Below are positions 60,125 through 62,376 of a stretch of DNA of 62,376 nucleotides, one piece after another (within the stretch, counting starts at the first letter, position 1; every line of letters starts with the position of its first letter). The notes under the pieces are model-generated. The model did no database searches. It had not been told where the DNA came from and saw nothing but the letters and a program-made list of their open reading frames with translations. This stretch comes from Acetofilamentum sp. GTDB lineage: Bacteria > Bacteroidota > Bacteroidia > Bacteroidales > JAADGE01. The stretch is from contig DYOF01000002.1 in NCBI GenBank assembly GCA_020720665.1, positions 1-62,376 on the forward strand, written 5' to 3'. A program made the translations under genes and the position numbers.

Positions 60125-61561
60125 TTGGAAATAAAAAACAAAATATTAAACGAATTTTTTAAAATAATACTATTCGGTTTCTCATCATACATCTTGGGTT
60201 TAATACGTTTTTCAATTCCCGGTTTAGAAAGTACTACAAGTGATTTTAGGGAAATACCGCTATTGATAAGTATTTTTCATGTTTCAAATCCGATTTCATT
60301 AATCATAATGAGTTTGATTACTTCATTAGATTTTATAACTCAACATACATTTACTCAAACCTTTATCTCACATGCTTTTGCACTAACAGTATCATGGTAC
60401 ATCTTCAAATTTATTAAAACAAAAAAAAGGTCTTACTACATTTCCGGTTTTATTTGGCTCAGTTATGTGACCATATATTATTTTATTTTTTTAGTTCCCG
60501 CGATTATTATTTCTTATGAAATATCAGATATATATATCGACACTCCGTTTTGGCTCTCATTCCAAAAGTTTATATTTTCACTCCGTTTTGAAATTATTGC
60601 AACAAGTCTTATTACTTCATTATACTTAATACAATTAAAAATAAGGAAAGAACTAATCAAGCAAAAAGATTATTTAGAAACAGCCGTTAGAGAAAGAACC
60701 GATGAACTTGAAAGCGCCAATGAAGAATTAGTATCAATTAATGAAGAATTAATATCGGCAAACGAAACAATGTCAGATAAAAATGAAATTATAAATAAAC
60801 AAAATATAGACTTACAAAACACTTTAAACAATTTAAAAGAAGCACAAATACAACTTCTTCATGCTGAAAAAATGGCTTCCTTAGGAACTTTAACTGCAGG
60901 GGTTGCACATGAAATTAATAATCCGTTAAATTTTATATTGGGTTCCTATCATGCCTTAGAAGAATATTTTAAAAATTACGGAAGTCAAGACACAAAAAAA
61001 ACAACTTTTTTATTGGAGAGTATAAAAACAGGTATTGAAAGAACTTCAGAAATTGTGAAAGGCTTAAATCAATTCAGCAGAAGTAACAAAACCCTTGATG
61101 AAGATTGCGAACTTCAACCAATAATAGAGAACTGTTTGGTGATGTTAAATAACCCCTTCCGACATAGGATAAACATAATTAAAAATTATGACCCTGAAAT
61201 AAATTATATTAAAGGAAACATAGGAAAACTCCATCAAGTTTTTATGAATATCATTTTCAATGCAATTCAAGCAATTGATGATGAAGGAGAAATAATTATA
61301 ACTACTAAAAAAATAAATACGAATGTTCATATTGAAATTTCCGATAACGGTTGCGGAATAGATAAAAACAATTTACCCAAAATTGCCGACCCGTTTTTCA
61401 CAACAAAAGACTCCGGTAAAGGTATCGGATTAGGTTTATCCATTTCATATTCCATTATCAAAGAACATAAAGGAGAAATTTCTTTTGAATCTGAGCTGAA
61501 TAAAGGCACAAAAGTACTGATTGTAATACCTGTTAATTTAAATTATGACCCCAAAAATTAA
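60125..61561 (+). CDS. Membrane sensor histidine kinase
   Basis: 478 aa. Polytopic N-terminus, coiled coil, H-box (AHEINNPLNF), N-box (NAIQA) and G-boxes (DNGCGI, GKGIGLGLS). The TTG start is uncertain. Confidence 0.85.
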   Translation: MEIKNKILNEFFKIILFGFSSYILGLIRFSIPGLESTTSDFREIPLLISIFHVSNPISLIIMSLITSLDFITQHTFTQTFISHAFALTVSWYIFKFIKTKKRSYYISGFIWLSYVTIYYFIFLVPAIIISYEISDIYIDTPFWLSFQKFIFSLRFEIIATSLITSLYLIQLKIRKELIKQKDYLETAVRERTDELESANEELVSINEELISANETMSDKNEIINKQNIDLQNTLNNLKEAQIQLLHAEKMASLGTLTAGVAHEINNPLNFILGSYHALEEYFKNYGSQDTKKTTFLLESIKTGIERTSEIVKGLNQFSRSNKTLDEDCELQPIIENCLVMLNNPFRHRINIIKNYDPEINYIKGNIGKLHQVFMNIIFNAIQAIDDEGEIIITTKKINTNVHIEISDNGCGIDKNNLPKIADPFFTTKDSGKGIGLGLSISYSIIKEHKGEISFESELNKGTKVLIVIPVNLNYDPKN

Positions 61562-61913
61562 AATCTTATACGTAGATGATGAACCTATTAATCTTCAACT
61601 ATTCGAAATAATTTTTAATAGTCAATATGAAATATTAACTGCAAAAAACGGTATAGAAGGACTTTCTGTTTTAGAAAAATCACCCGATATTAAAATTATA
61701 CTAAGTGATATGAAAATGCCGATAATGTCCGGCTTAAATTTCATTCAAAAAGCCCATGAATTATACCCCGATAAAAAATATTTTATAGTAACCGGATTTG
61801 AAGCAACTCCAGAAATTTTAAATGCTGTTGATTCCGAACTGATTGTTAAATATCTAAGTAAACCATTTATTATCAATGAAATAAAAACTGAAATTGCAAA
61901 TGCATTAAAATAA
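61545..61913 (+). CDS. Stand-alone response-regulator receiver protein (CheY-like)
   Basis: 122 aa with LYVDDEP, SDMKMP and SKP. No output domain. Overlaps the kinase gene by 17 nt. Confidence 0.88.
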   Translation: MTPKIKILYVDDEPINLQLFEIIFNSQYEILTAKNGIEGLSVLEKSPDIKIILSDMKMPIMSGLNFIQKAHELYPDKKYFIVTGFEATPEILNAVDSELIVKYLSKPFIINEIKTEIANALK

Positions 61914-62100
61914 GTATCTCAGTTTTTTTCTATAATTCATTTTTATCATTTAAGCTCTGCAACTCTTTTACATAGTATCAACGAACCACAAATAATTAGT
62001 CCTGTTCTGTATTTTAAAAATAATTCAAATATTTAATCTTGTTTACAACAAATATATTTTTAAATTTATATTCTGTATTTTATAATATCTAAATCATATT

Positions 62101-62267
62101 AAACACCCATAATAACAATGTTTTCACACATAGAGCATGGCTGACAGAATTCCATAATTGCGTTTCGTTCAAAAAAAAATATTCTTATGTGCAGGAAAAA
62201 CAAGCAAAATTAATAATGATAAGCATTCAATTAACAAATTCTTAACTAACTATAAAATTTTAAACAG
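62101..62267 (+). repeat. Conserved ~170-nt leader element, copy C
   Basis: Collinear with A and B: aaacacccat, gagcatggctgacagaattcc, ttatgtgcaggaaaaacaag and ataagcattcaatt. It ends in aaacagATG at 62268-62270. Confidence 0.8.
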
Positions 62268-62269
62268 AT

Positions 62270-62376
62270 GAAACACCCATGATAAACAAGTTTAACACAC
62301 AAGGACATGACTAAACAAATCACCTTGCATAATTGCGTAGAGTTTTCAGATGTTCCTATCTGCGGGGAAAAACAAG
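62270..62376 (+). repeat. Conserved leader element, copy D (truncated by the window edge)
   Basis: gaaacacccatg, ggacatgactaaac, cataattgcgt and gttcctatctgcggggaaaaacaag. It starts directly at the ATG that terminates copy C. Confidence 0.75.

Noticed and set aside
1-62376. Scan for CRISPR arrays, tRNA/rRNA genes, intact IS elements, integrases and obvious defence or toxin-antitoxin cassettes
   Set aside because: I saw no regularly spaced direct repeats, no GC-rich cloverleaf-like or rRNA-like segments, and no integrase or full transposase ORFs. The helicase, RecJ and EEP nuclease appear to be housekeeping or standalone genes rather than defence modules.

Overview
Visibly AT-rich chromosomal segment that looks like Bacteroidota. 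Supporting markers are a T9SS type-B C-terminal sorting domain protein, a SprE/PorW-like TPR lipoprotein, a DUF5103 protein, the DUF4290-murA pair, and grpE-dnaJ without dnaK. I recognised no rRNA, tRNA or CRISPR array. Most of the window is housekeeping: murA, a UvrD-family helicase, recJ, monomeric icd, guaA, trkA, clpS, grpE and dnaJ.

Four things stand out:
1. A conserved noncoding element of about 170 nt is present in four copies. Two copies sit exactly in the 5' leader position of exported-protein operons (2586-2740 and 52951-53104, minus strand). Two more lie head-to-tail at the right edge (62101-62376, plus strand). I could not assign it to any known RNA or mobile-element family. It is my best candidate for something undescribed.
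2. A tightly packed minus-strand operon runs from 40822 down to 32842. It encodes an APS-reductase-type CysH, CysD, CysN, an SLC13 permease, an SDR, CysQ, a DUF202 protein and a threonine-synthase-like PLP enzyme. A divergent alpha-oxoamine synthase lies nearby. There is no APS kinase and no sulfite reductase. This fits a route from sulfate to sulfite to cysteate to sulfonolipid (capnine-type).
3. clpS is followed by two tandem FloA-like flotillin paralogs with expanded helical repeats.
4. There is small-scale decay and variation: a ferritin gene with an in-frame TAA at the catalytic Glu codon, an IS-transposase N-terminal fragment, and a perfect 21-bp in-frame duplication in icd.

All functional calls come from motif recognition by eye. 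No database search was run.
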